Below are positions 43,266-54,600 of a DNA stretch of 64,000 bases, piece after piece. The stretch's first letter is position 1. Each line of letters starts with the position of its first letter. A program made the translations under genes and the position numbers. Origin of the DNA: Porphyridium purpureum (taxonomy: Eukaryota); contig VRMN01000003.1 of assembly GCA_008690995.1 (NCBI GenBank), positions 806,001 to 870,000 on the forward strand, in the 5' to 3' direction. Under the pieces are notes generated by a model. That model ran no database searches. It was not told the DNA's origin and saw only the letters and a list, made by a program, of their open reading frames with translations.

Positions 43266-45560
43266 ATGGAGAGTATCGAGGCCGACTTGCCCCCGTGGAA
43301 GCAGGTGCTTCCCGGGGAGGATTTTTTGCTCGGCAAGATGTTTGGGCGCGAGCTCGTCGACCAGTTCCAGGACTTGTCGCTGCTCAAGGCGCTCGACGTC
43401 AAGACCATGATGGTTTACCTCCCACTCGTCTTGTCGCATTTGGAGGGCCTGCTCGAAACTATGGACGATACAACATGCATGGAGCAGAGTACGGAGTTTT
43501 TAAAGCTGCTCATCTGCCAGCACCGCCCGCTCAAGTTCCGCTTCCTGACACTCATTACGCAAGGACTGCACAAGAAGGCTTGGAATGTCAGCCTTTTGTT
43601 CAGATCCGACGCGTACGAGGCTACCAGAATCGAGTTTGAGGCTTTAGACCGCGAGTTCCTTAAAAAACACAGCACGGCGCATAGCTCGGTGGCAGAAGCA
43701 TTGCAGCGCAACTCCTCATATGGGAGCAGCTACGTTTCTTGCGGCTATGAAGAGGTCATGGAAGACCCGAAAGTGCTGACTGCTTGGACCGAATCCGTTT
43801 TCTTCCATCCGAAAACGGGTATCCAACTCAAAGACCATATGATCGGCTTGCGCAAGATCACTGATTGCTTTTCAGAGAATGCTTGTGTCCTCTACATCGG
43901 TCATAACTTGCGAGGTGCGGCGAACCGTGATCGAGCCTCTGAAGTGGGTAAGAAGATGGAGACGCTAGGCCTGATCAAGAAAGAGTCCTATTTGGTACCG
44001 GGTGGGCAGTTTGGCCTGGGGAAGAACGTCTATAAGCAGACTTCCAAGGTACAGAGTACAGGCGCTGCAATTCAAAAGAAGCAGAAGGCTGATTCAGGAC
44101 GCGTGTCTGTTGTCTCTGGCGACGACTCGGCAGATCTGCAAATGAGAGATAGCGAGCTGGGCGACGCGAATACACTCGAACTATGCATTTCTGTGTACGT
44201 GGACCACTTGGACCTGCAAAGTCTGAGCTTTTGGCGGGACTGGATCTGGACGCGCCCGTTGGAGGAAAAGACGGATTACGGCTGGGCACAGGTTGTCCAT
44301 CCGTTTGTGGCCTTGGGTGTGAATGAGCTCGACCAGGGCGAGTCGTCGATCGTCCACTCGAACTACATCATGATCTCCAACTCACAGGAGCGTGCGTTGG
44401 TGGGCTCGCGTGTCTTTGTGAACAAGGTGTTTTCCAGTGTTGCACGCCCAGGCATCTTGTCAGTGCAGACGACTGAGGAAGGCGTGAACATTGCCGAGAC
44501 CGTAAGTTCATTCAGCCAAGATGCATTTCTTTCTTTCGAACCGAAAGTGCTTGTTAAGGCTGGCGATGATCTGTTGCAGGACATGTCGGTTGAACTGATG
44601 TTTCGGTTGTTCAATTTTATGTGGCGGGTGGACCGAGAGTCCTTCCCGGATCCGGAGAAGGTGCCGTATTCGTATGTGTATGACGTCATGCCGACGGGAC
44701 ACAAGCAGGGTCTAATGGAGGTACTAACCGAGGTGCGTCCGCTCAATCACTACGACTGGGGAACGTGGGTTGCGGAGCGCGGCAGCAAGTCGGCAGAAAT
44801 CCGTGATATGATGTTGCGGTCTGCGGCAGGTTCTTTTGTCGCGGCATACGTTTTGGGCGCACGCGATCGACACTGGGACAACATCATGGTCAAGAATGGC
44901 AGCATGCTTCTTCACATTGACTTTGGGTTCGTGCTGGGTTCAACGCCTCCAATTGACGGGCCGCGCTTCTCGATTTCACCGGACATGGAAAAGGCATTCA
45001 CTGACGTAGGCATATGGAACGACTTTGTTGAACTGTGCGGAAAAGCATTCACGTCGTTGCGTCGAAACGCTATTTACCTCGTTCGCGAGGTGTTCTTGCT
45101 GTTCCGGCACACGGGCCTCAAGCAATCGAGTGTTCTCAAGTATATGGCCAGTAAGGATAGCCTGGACGCGAGCGCAAAGGATTTTGAGAGCGCCGAGGAG
45201 TACGTGTGTCAACAGGTTAGAACGGCCAGTCGGCAGTGGGCCACGTTCATGCGATCATTTGCACATGATAAGGTGGACCCGGTGTACTACAAGATGCTGG
45301 AGGCCAAGTTTCCGCCTGCATTGCTTGCCAATGCCATCATTGAAGCGAAAGAAAAAAAGAAGCATTCTGGGGTCGAAGGCGCCACCAAGGGTGCAGATTC
45401 TCCCGGCGTGGCGCGCACCTCGACCGGCGTGGCGCCTGGGAATGACCAACCGTTGTCCAAACGCGGAACCGTCAGCGACAAGGCACTGAAGTCTGCGCCG
45501 GATGTGATGAAGCTGAGCGACAAGCTAGCAGCCGCGTTCCCCTTTGCCAAGAAAAAATGA
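43266..45560 (+). CDS. PI3/PI4-kinase family lipid kinase (PI3K-like) with an internal DEP-like domain
   Basis: Helical-domain-like MVYLPLVLSHL. DEP-like HPKTGIQLKDHMIGLRKITDCFS...RDRASEVGKKMETLGLI...F...YK. Kinase motifs KVFSSVARP, VKAGDDLLQD, GLMEVL, RSAAGSFVAAYVLGARDRHWDNIM, HIDFGFVLG. Confidence 0.88.
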   Translation: MESIEADLPPWKQVLPGEDFLLGKMFGRELVDQFQDLSLLKALDVKTMMVYLPLVLSHLEGLLETMDDTTCMEQSTEFLKLLICQHRPLKFRFLTLITQGLHKKAWNVSLLFRSDAYEATRIEFEALDREFLKKHSTAHSSVAEALQRNSSYGSSYVSCGYEEVMEDPKVLTAWTESVFFHPKTGIQLKDHMIGLRKITDCFSENACVLYIGHNLRGAANRDRASEVGKKMETLGLIKKESYLVPGGQFGLGKNVYKQTSKVQSTGAAIQKKQKADSGRVSVVSGDDSADLQMRDSELGDANTLELCISVYVDHLDLQSLSFWRDWIWTRPLEEKTDYGWAQVVHPFVALGVNELDQGESSIVHSNYIMISNSQERALVGSRVFVNKVFSSVARPGILSVQTTEEGVNIAETVSSFSQDAFLSFEPKVLVKAGDDLLQDMSVELMFRLFNFMWRVDRESFPDPEKVPYSYVYDVMPTGHKQGLMEVLTEVRPLNHYDWGTWVAERGSKSAEIRDMMLRSAAGSFVAAYVLGARDRHWDNIMVKNGSMLLHIDFGFVLGSTPPIDGPRFSISPDMEKAFTDVGIWNDFVELCGKAFTSLRRNAIYLVREVFLLFRHTGLKQSSVLKYMASKDSLDASAKDFESAEEYVCQQVRTASRQWATFMRSFAHDKVDPVYYKMLEAKFPPALLANAIIEAKEKKKHSGVEGATKGADSPGVARTSTGVAPGNDQPLSKRGTVSDKALKSAPDVMKLSDKLAAAFPFAKKK

Positions 45561-45777
45561 AGCGCAATCTGTCCCGTGCTCTCCGTGTGCGTTTTCTGCA
45601 GGCACCCGTCTTATGTAAACGATTCTTTCTCTGAGAAATTGGCGCCGCGTTCGCCTCTTGCCGCATTGGTGTCAGCGCGGCGTGCGGCAAGTGACGATCT
45701 GATTCAGCCACGCGCAAAAGATCTCGCCCTCACGCGGAGGAACAACTGGAGCGCGCAGCAGGTGTGGCGAGAGGCCG

Positions 45778-46788
45778 ATGGAGCAGGAGAACAATGCGGC
45801 GGGCCGCGCCGCCGCTCACGCGTTTGTGAGTGCGCCTGTGAGCACCGCGGGTCACGCGCTGCGAACGACACGCGCGTCGGCGCACGCCCACAGGTTGCGC
45901 CTGTGTGCGCCTCGGCGCGCCGTCGCGAATGCCCGGCGCACGCAGGTGCGGTGCCAGAGCTTAGACAATGACGACGTGCTTGTGATTCCCAACCGGAAAA
46001 GGAACCTCGAGATCCAGGTGGAGGGCGTAAAGATCGTCTACGACTACTACCCGGGCGAGAAAGGGCCCATAGTCATGTACCTGCCCGGTTTCTTTTACGC
46101 TCGCTCGCGTACCGCGAAGGTGAATGCTCTGCAAACAGCGTGCAACCGTAGGGCACAGGGCTTCCTGGCGCTTGACTACTACGGTACCGACCGCTCCGGC
46201 GGCGAGTTTGCGAACGGCACCGTGTCGCGCTGGGTCAAGGACGTCGTCACGATCTTGGACCAGATTTTGCCAAACAAGAAGGTTGTTCTCGTGGGCAGTG
46301 GTATTGGCGGCTGGGTGATGCTACACGTGGCCATACAGAGACCAGAAGCCGTGGTGGGTCTGGTGGGGCTCAGTGCGGACCCGGACTTCACCGAGCGGCT
46401 GCTGATGCCCGCGCTGTCCGAAACTCAGCGCGAGGAGCTGGACTCCAAGGGCATTATTGACCTGACCTGGGGCTACCGCAAATACCCCATTTCGAAGAAG
46501 CTCGTGGACGACGGCCGCAATATGCTCGTGCTGACGGGCGAGAAGGATTCGCTTCCCATCACGTGCCCTGTGCGCTTAATCCAGGGCCTGGCAGACGAAG
46601 AGCTGCCCTCGACTTTCCCGCTCGAAATTGTGGAGAAGATCCGATCCACCGACGTGAATGTCACGTTTGTCAAGTATGGTGACCACGCTCTGGAGAACGA
46701 CTCGGACTTCAAACTCATGATCAACGCCGTCAAGGAAGTGTCGGACCTGTACTTTGAGTACGATCTGCGCTCACCAACCTCTGGCTAA
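45778..46788 (+). CDS. ABHD10-like alpha/beta hydrolase, organelle-targeted, with nucleophile elbow GSGIGG (no Ser at the nucleophile position)
   Basis: YLPGF, LDYYGTDRSGGEF..GTVSRW, VLVGSGIGGW, ADPDFTERL, ITCPVRLIQG..D, GDH. Confidence 0.85.
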   Translation: MEQENNAAGRAAAHAFVSAPVSTAGHALRTTRASAHAHRLRLCAPRRAVANARRTQVRCQSLDNDDVLVIPNRKRNLEIQVEGVKIVYDYYPGEKGPIVMYLPGFFYARSRTAKVNALQTACNRRAQGFLALDYYGTDRSGGEFANGTVSRWVKDVVTILDQILPNKKVVLVGSGIGGWVMLHVAIQRPEAVVGLVGLSADPDFTERLLMPALSETQREELDSKGIIDLTWGYRKYPISKKLVDDGRNMLVLTGEKDSLPITCPVRLIQGLADEELPSTFPLEIVEKIRSTDVNVTFVKYGDHALENDSDFKLMINAVKEVSDLYFEYDLRSPTSG

Positions 46789-47139
46789 GTGTGCTCCTCT
46801 GCGTGCCTTGGAGTAGAGCTCAAGCACTTTGGACGGCTACTCAGCTACACAGAGAGCACCAAATACACCATACTCGAAACACATGTCGCCATCCAGAGTG
46901 AAGAGCCCGTAGATGGACCTATCCAACCAGGAAACAAAATAAAAGCACCGCGTGGAACCCGGGCCGCTAGTGGCGAACGGCGTGCGCGGGGAAGAGGACG
47001 TGCGTCGAAGGGTGACGTTTGAGCGACGCAAAGCAGCTGAACAGCGCACGCCGGGGAAGGCGCCTTTACTGGTGGTCCCGGAAAGACTCGGGTGCGGCGT
47101 TGTTGTGAACAACACGGACAGCGGACCAGCCGAGGCACT

Positions 47140-47412
47140 ATGGCAAAGCGGTTTGTGGGCACAGGCACAAGTAAGCCCTGGTGGTATTTGTACATGGAGG
47201 CATGGAAGTTTGCCATGTATGTTTCGATTCCTGTGGGCAGTGTGTACGCGCTGACGCAGACCAATATGGTTAACCGTATTGTGATGTGGACGCAGTATGT
47301 TGTGTACCCTCGGGAGGGACCACGGCCGCCGTCGGCCGACGATATGCTACGCTTGCTTGCCGACGAGCGGAAGCGTCGTGAAGAGAACGACCAGGGAGGT
47401 CCGTCAGTCTAG
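47140..47412 (+). CDS. PET100: Cytochrome c oxidase assembly factor PET100 homolog
   Basis: EAWKFAMYVSIPV...YVVYPREGPRPPS matches my recollection of plant/algal PET100; single TM. Confidence 0.8.
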   Translation: MAKRFVGTGTSKPWWYLYMEAWKFAMYVSIPVGSVYALTQTNMVNRIVMWTQYVVYPREGPRPPSADDMLRLLADERKRREENDQGGPSV

Positions 47413-48027
47413 GCTTTCTCTTACGTTTTTTGGTTCTGTCGTGCCGACGTGCACGCCGGCACGGGGTCATTTTGGTCAGGGCCGGCGGCTGTTCCACGAA
47501 TCTCAGCAGCCCACACAAAAGCGACCGCGCGTGCCATTCCAAGAGATAACGCAGCGACGTATGACAAGGGCACATCATAGCCGTGCCTTACTTGCGTGGC
47601 AGTGATTTTTTCTTCGGAAAAAGATCATCTCGCTATGAAACTCCGGCTGCACCCGGTGGCCCCTTTTAAATCTGCTTGTGTCCAAGTCAGTCAACGCGAG
47701 AAGCATCTACGAGTCTGAGCGGGACCAGCCCATTTCCCAGAATCGATGTGCGACGCCACGCGACTCTTCGTCGCGTAACTGCTCCTCTGATACAGATTGT
47801 GTGTTCGGGAGGTCGCACTGATGAGTGCGCTGTCCAAGCGACGCACCCACCTGAGATCCCCAGAAAGAAGAAACAGTAAATCTCCAGGATCTCCTAAATC
47901 GCGAAAGTCTCTCGGACGGTACGAAGTTCCTCGTGGTCGCGGGAAGGACACGCCTGGAAAAAAGTGCAAAGTTAGAAGGGCGGAATAAGGAGACGGGGCA
48001 CAGTCTCAAGGAGGCGCGGTATTGACG

Positions 48028-48507
48028 ATGGCACGCTGCGCAGCATTTGTACCCAGCTTGGCCAACCGCTCGGGATCAGCATGGGCGGGTACGACGAACG
48101 GGCCTGTTAACATCTTGCGCGTGCGCACGTGTGGTCCGATGCCTGTGGCGGGTGCGCCCCACGCAAAGCGCGTCCGTGCGGCTGGTGTCTCCATGGTGAT
48201 CGTGACACCAGCCATGGCACACAAGTTGACGGCAGTGTACGCGGGGCTGATGGGCGTTGGCGGCGTGTTTGCGTTCTTGAAGACAAAGAGCAAGCCAAGT
48301 TTGATCTTTGGCATCCTCGCGACGGCGGCGTTGTCGTTTGCGTACAAGCAACACAACATCGAATACGCGTTAGGTACGGCCATGTGCTTGTGCATGGTTT
48401 TCTACGCGCGCTTTACCAAGACTAAAAAGATGATGCCGGCAGGCGGGCTCGGCATTGTCAGCTTCGTGTTTGGCATGCTGTTTGCGCTCGCGTACAAGCG
48501 CATTTGA
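48028..48507 (+). CDS. TMEM14/FAX (fatty acid export) family protein with a plastid transit peptide
   Basis: MARCAAFV transit-like start; YAGLMGVGGVFAFLKTKSKPSLIFG and RFTKTKKMMPAG TMEM14 signatures. Confidence 0.88.
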   Translation: MARCAAFVPSLANRSGSAWAGTTNGPVNILRVRTCGPMPVAGAPHAKRVRAAGVSMVIVTPAMAHKLTAVYAGLMGVGGVFAFLKTKSKPSLIFGILATAALSFAYKQHNIEYALGTAMCLCMVFYARFTKTKKMMPAGGLGIVSFVFGMLFALAYKRI

Positions 48508-48665
48508 AAGCTTGGCTATGGCGCTGAACGTGGCACCCGTGCCACCAGATCATCGGACCAATGAGATCCAGACGCAGGCACAGCGTGCGGTGCAGAACTA
48601 CGCCATCTGAAATTTTAAGTATCAAATAAAGAAAAATCTAGTCTTCAACTGCACATAAGTCTGAT

Positions 48666-51600
48666 TTACGCCTTGCCCAGCACAAGCGCGAGCAGTGCCA
48701 TGCGCACGTATACACCATACTCCATCTGCAAAAAGTAGACTGCGCGCGGATCCGAATCCACGTCTGTGTGAATCTCATTCACACGCGGCAGCGGGTGCAT
48801 TACGATCATGGAGCTCTTTGCGCGCGTCAGAGTTTTCGCATTGATAACGAAAGCACCCTTCACCAGCTCGTACTCTTCCACCGATGGGAACCGCTCCTTC
48901 TGCACGCGTGTGACGTACAGTACGTCCGTTTCGCGCAGAAGCGCCTCGGTGAGCGATGTGTGCTCACGCTGGTCCAGGCCGCGCGACGCGCAATCGGCGA
49001 CCACGTCGGCCGGCATACGCAACGACTCTGGACTCACGTAACGCAGCTTCACTTGGTACAGGCTCAATAGCTTGGCAAGCGAGTGCACGGTGCGGCCATT
49101 TTTGAGGTCACCGACAAAAGTGATAGTAAGACCATTCACGGTACCAAGCTCCTCGCGGATTGTGAACACGTCAAGCAAAGCTTGCGTCGGGTGCTCACCT
49201 ATGCCATCACCCGCGCTCAGGACGGGCTTGCGCGAGCTGATTGCACATTCGCGCACCTTACCTTGTTCTGGGTGGCGCACGACCAGCAGGTCAGAGTAGC
49301 AATTCATCGTGCGCACCGTGTCACCCAGTGACTCGCCCTTGGCCATCGAGCTCATGTTGACGTCGCTGAGTTGCACAACCGTTCCGCCCAACCGCTGCAT
49401 CGCACACTGAAAAGAGCTAGAGGTGCGCGTGCTCGGCTCCAGAAACATACAGCCCAGGATCTTGCCTTTCAGGAGTTCATAGTAGCCGACGCGGGAACAT
49501 ATCTGGCGCATTTCTGCGGCCACCCCAAACAAATGGTGAAGATCGTCGCGCGAAAACTGGTCGACGCTTAAAATATGACGCCCGGCCCACCAGCCAGTGC
49601 CGTAGCCGGGTAGTGGACCCGGAATTCTGCCTGGCGCAACTGTTGCATGATTCTGCAGTGACGGCGCCGCTAGGACGCCTTTCGCCACGGCCGAAGAAGA
49701 ACGCTCGAGTACTAAAGCCCCTCCATTGGCGTCTTCACCGCCAGCTCCGCCCCTGCTTGCGCTCCACATTCTGGACGGCGCCATGTTGCGCTTCGTCGCA
49801 TACCCAACCGTCTGCGCACTCGCCAGAGTTGGAGCCTGCGCCTTTGCCGCTGCGACAACCGCCACTGTTCCGCCGCTACCACCGGACCCAGAGCCTAGCG
49901 CAATGTCGTCCATATCGTACGCTTGGTTCATAAGCGGGGCAAGTGCGGGCGTTGGGGGCGCTGACGTCTTGCTGCTTGCCGCCAGGGCAGCGTCGTCCGC
50001 CACGGCGGCGCTCAAGTCATGCCCTGTTCCTGCGCTTGCAAGCACTTTGCCGTCGAGCAGTGCGAGTTCTCCACGCAGCACGACACGGCGCACAAGCCCG
50101 CGACACGGGACGCCATCCAGCTGCGAGCTCGGGGCACCGGTCCAACTAACGTCAAGGTCGATCTCAATATACGTACTCTCTTGCTCTGGTACGCCAAGGA
50201 TCGCGCGCGGGTTGCTATACAGACGCTGTTCGATGTACTCCAGCGAAATGCGACCTTCGTGATGCATCGCAAGAAGCAGCGGTAGCACCACGTCATGCGG
50301 GCCCGTCACCACATCGATCATTTCGAGGTGCTCAAACAAAGCCTCCCGATTCGCATGCGCGACAGCAGCGTCTGCGTCACCACACGAGTCGCCACGCTGG
50401 GGACAAAGCGTAAGAACATCCGCGTCGCACGTCACGCGCAAGTTGTGTTGCTTGGCAAGCCGGATGAGCTCCAAGTCTTCGCGGCGCCGCACGTCTCGCA
50501 CGTGCACTGCGCGGCCATGCACCACTGAGCCAAACAAAATGCCGCCTAGAATGGTCCCAGAGGCATTCACAAAAATCGGCAAACTGCTCGGCCACGATTC
50601 CAAGTGCGCTAACCAAGGGTTAATGCTTCCCGTTGTTTTGCTACCGCCTCCACTGCCATTCCCGCCATCACGGCCTGATTTATCAGCCGCATCACTATCA
50701 TGCTCCTTCTCCACGCGCGCAGGGTCTATTAGCAGTGTCGCACAGGTCTTCGCCGCAGGCAAAATGGTAGCGACATTGTCAGGCGTTGCCACAGCAAGCA
50801 ATACGTAGTCGCATTTTGCACCCACATGAGCTGCCTTTTGAGCAGCGTGGAGGTCTGCATCCACATCAGCCGCGGCCACGAAGGTGAAGCCTCCTCGAAG
50901 CGCCGAGTCGGTAGCCGCTGCCCAGTTGCGGTTGTTCTTGCTCAGAAAAGAGTGCAGCGAAATCAATCCCGGGAAGGAGATAACGCGCGAACTAAATCGT
51001 GAGTCGAGGACGCTCACCGGAATACTTCCGCCCGGGTAAGCCTGCAACGCGCCCAGCGATTTAACCAACATCTTCGCACATTTTATGTTCGTGAGCAGCG
51101 GTACTCCGAAATCGACCGCTGCTCGGCGCGACAAGTAGCCCGGCGAAGCAAACGACGCCTGTCGACGGTACTTGTTCATGGATGGAATGTTGATGAAAAG
51201 CTCGATCTTCTTCTGGCGCAGCAGGTCAATAATGTTGAGCTCCGACTCCTTCAGGTATTCACCAGCGTTGGGCCACACCACGACAGTCGCAGGGATCTGA
51301 TGCTCGCTGAGAAACTCGGCAGTTCCAGGGGTGGCGTAGAGCGTGTAACCCATGCCAACCAGCTTCTTGGCCGAGGGTAAAAACTCGAGCTTTTCCTTGT
51401 AAATGCCAATGGACAGGCCGATCGACTTGCGCGGCGTGCTCACGGTCGCTGCATTCAGGGCCTTGATGTATGCCTCCTGTGCATTCGCACCGTAGCACGC
51501 AACCTCACCTGTCGAAGCCATTTCCACTCCCAGGATCGGATCCGCTCCAAGTAGACGTGTGAAGGAAAATTGCGCCACCTTGACACCCACGTACGGCAGC

Positions 51601-54600
51601 GCAGACACGTCTACGGGATACGGCGTCACCTTTCGACCAAGCATAACTTTGGTGGCCATCTTGGCCAGGTCGATGCCTACCGTCTTGCTCACGAAAGGGA
51701 ATGAGCGTGCCGCGCGCAGGTTGCACTCGATTACCTTGATTTCATTGTCTTTGGCCATGAACTGAATGTTCATGGGGCCAGTCACGTTCAGCGCATCGGC
51801 CACTTTCGCGGCTGCGGCCTCTACCTTTCGCACAGTCACCGGATCAAGATCCACGGGAGGCAAAACCAGCGTAGCATCGCCCGAATGCACACCAGCATTC
51901 TCCACGTGCTCAGACACCACGTGCATGACAAGCTGCCCTTTCAACGCAACGGCGTCCACCTCAATCTCCTTGGCCTCCTGAATAAACTTGGAAATTACCA
52001 CCGGGCAGTCCAGGGAGACGGTGGCCGCTTCGGTGAGATACGCCTCAAGGTCGTCCTCCTTGTATGCCACGTTCATCGCCGCGCCTGATAGCACATAACT
52101 AGGGCGCACGAGCACCGGATAGCCTACTTTGGTGCAAAACGCCATGGCGTCTGCCACCGAGCTAAGCTCCTTCCACTCCGGTTGGTCCACGCCAATGCGG
52201 TCCAGCATTCGCGAGAACTTGTACCGATTCTCCGCCGAGTCGATCATGTCTGGAGTTGTGCCGAGAATGTTGACACCCGCGCGGTGTAGCGGCATCGCAA
52301 TGTTGTTCGGGATCTGCCCGCCCATAGACACAATGACGCCCGACGAGCCCTCGAGCTTGTAGATGTCAAGCACTCGTTCAAACGAAAGCTCCTCAAAGTA
52401 GAGTCGGTCACACTCATCATAGTCCGTGCTCACGGTCTCCGGATTGTAGTTCACCATAATCGAGTGAAAGCCCTGCGATCGCAGTGTGCGGCTCGCGCTT
52501 ACAGCGCACCAATCAAACTCAACTGAAGAGCCGATGCGGTAAGCGCCGTTGCCCAATACCATGATGCCCTTGTCCGTGAATGTAACGTCATAAGCAGCAT
52601 CCGAGTTCGGACGCGCGTCCAGGTTTGTGCAGCTGTAACTCGTATACAAGTAGTTGGTTTTCGCGGGAAATTCGGCCGCTACGGTGTCAATCCGCTTCAC
52701 CACGGGCACAATGCCATACTCGTAGCGCAAGTTCCGGATACCCAATTCGATATCATCCACCAGACCGCCAATCTGCTTATCGCTGAAGCCCAGTGACTTG
52801 GCTTCAAGTAGCAGCTCGGGCGACATGGGGGATGGTTGTGCAGTGCTGTTGCCGCTGACGCCCCCGCTCCCGCCCGTGGCCAATTCGCGCAGCCTCTTCT
52901 CCATGACGCTGATGTTGTGGAGCTTCATGAGAAACCAACGGTCAATGCTGGACAACGCATGAATCTCGTCGACGGTTCTGCCCTCCGCAAAGCCCGTGGC
53001 AATGGACAAGAGGCGATTATCTGTTGGGAAGCGCATCTCGTCTGGATCGTACGGCGTACGGCCGGACTCAAAGCCGGACACATAGTTGTCACGTACCATG
53101 CGAATCGCCTTTTGGATCGCTTCCTCAAAGTTGCGCCCAATGCCCATGACCTCGCCTACCGACTTCATTGCCGAGCCAAGATGCGGATCGACGCGCTCAA
53201 ATTTTTTCAAGTCCCAGCGGGGAATTTTGACCACCAGATAGTCGAGGCTCGGTTCAAAGCACGCGCATGTTTCCTCCGTGATAGAATTGCGAACATCCGT
53301 CAAACGTTTGCCTAACGCAAGCTTGGCGGCGACAAAGGCTAGCGGGTAGCCAGTGGCCTTGGAGGCCAACGCAGACGAGCGGCTGAGTCGAGCATTCACC
53401 TCAATAATACAGTACTGGCGCGACGTCGGGTTCAGCGCATACTGGATATTGCACTCGCCCACCACGCCCAGGTGGCGAATGGTGCGCAATGCGGCATCGC
53501 GCAGCATGTTGTACTCGTCATTGGTCAGTGTCTGCGAGGGAGCGACCACGATCGAGTCGCCCGTGTGCACGCCCAGCGGGTCAAAGTTCTCCATGTTACA
53601 CACAGTGATGCAATTGTTGTACGCGTCGCGCACCACCTCATATTCGATCTCTTTCCATCCGCGCATGCTGCGCTCCACCAGAACTTGCGAACTTGCGGAA
53701 AACGCCTTGTGTGCCAATGTGGTCAGCTCCTCGTCATTGTTCGCAAAACCAGAGCCCAGTCCACCGAGAGCGAAAGCTGCGCGCAGGATAAGCGGGTAAC
53801 CGAGCTTGTTCGCGGCGGCGGCAACCTCATCCATGGTTCGGCATGCCACACTGTCGGCAAACGGCTCGCCAATCTCCAACAGTCGTGCATTGAACCGCTC
53901 GCGATCCTCGGTGTCCAAAATCGCCTCAATGGGTGTACCGAGAATGCGCACACCGAGTGCGTCAAACACGCCACGCTTATACAGTTGAACACCGCAGTTG
54001 AGTGCCGTCTGCCCGCCAAAAGTGAGCAAAATGGAGTCCGGCTTCTCGTTGTGAATCACCTTGATCACATTCTCTGGGTTGACGGGCAAAAAGTAAACCT
54101 TGTCTGCCATTCCGCGGCTTGTCTGCACCGTTGCAATATTGGGATTGAGAAGCACGGTTTGAATGCCCTCCTGCTTCAGTGCTTTGATGCACTGCGAGCC
54201 AGAATAATCAAACTCACCTGCCTGACCGATACTCAACCCGCCGGAGCCCAGCACGAGGACTTTCTTCACTGTGGCCGTCACCTCAAATTGCCGCTCAAGC
54301 CGTGGCTCGGGAAGCGGTGGCGGGATGCACGCCGTCACCTCGGAAAGACCTTTGCCGGCAAGGCGCGCTCGCACAGCATTCAAAAAGCAATCAAACAGGT
54401 GCTCAGTGTCATTCGGCCCAGCGTTGGCTTCTGGATGGAATTGCACCGAAAAGAATGGGGCGCGCGCACACGAAATGCCTTCATTGGTCTGATCGTTTGC
54501 GTTGGTAAACGTTGGGCCCCAGCCGTCTGGCACTGCCCCTGCAGCGACGTCCACCACGTAACCATGATTCTGCGATGTGATGTAGCAACGCCCCGAGCTG

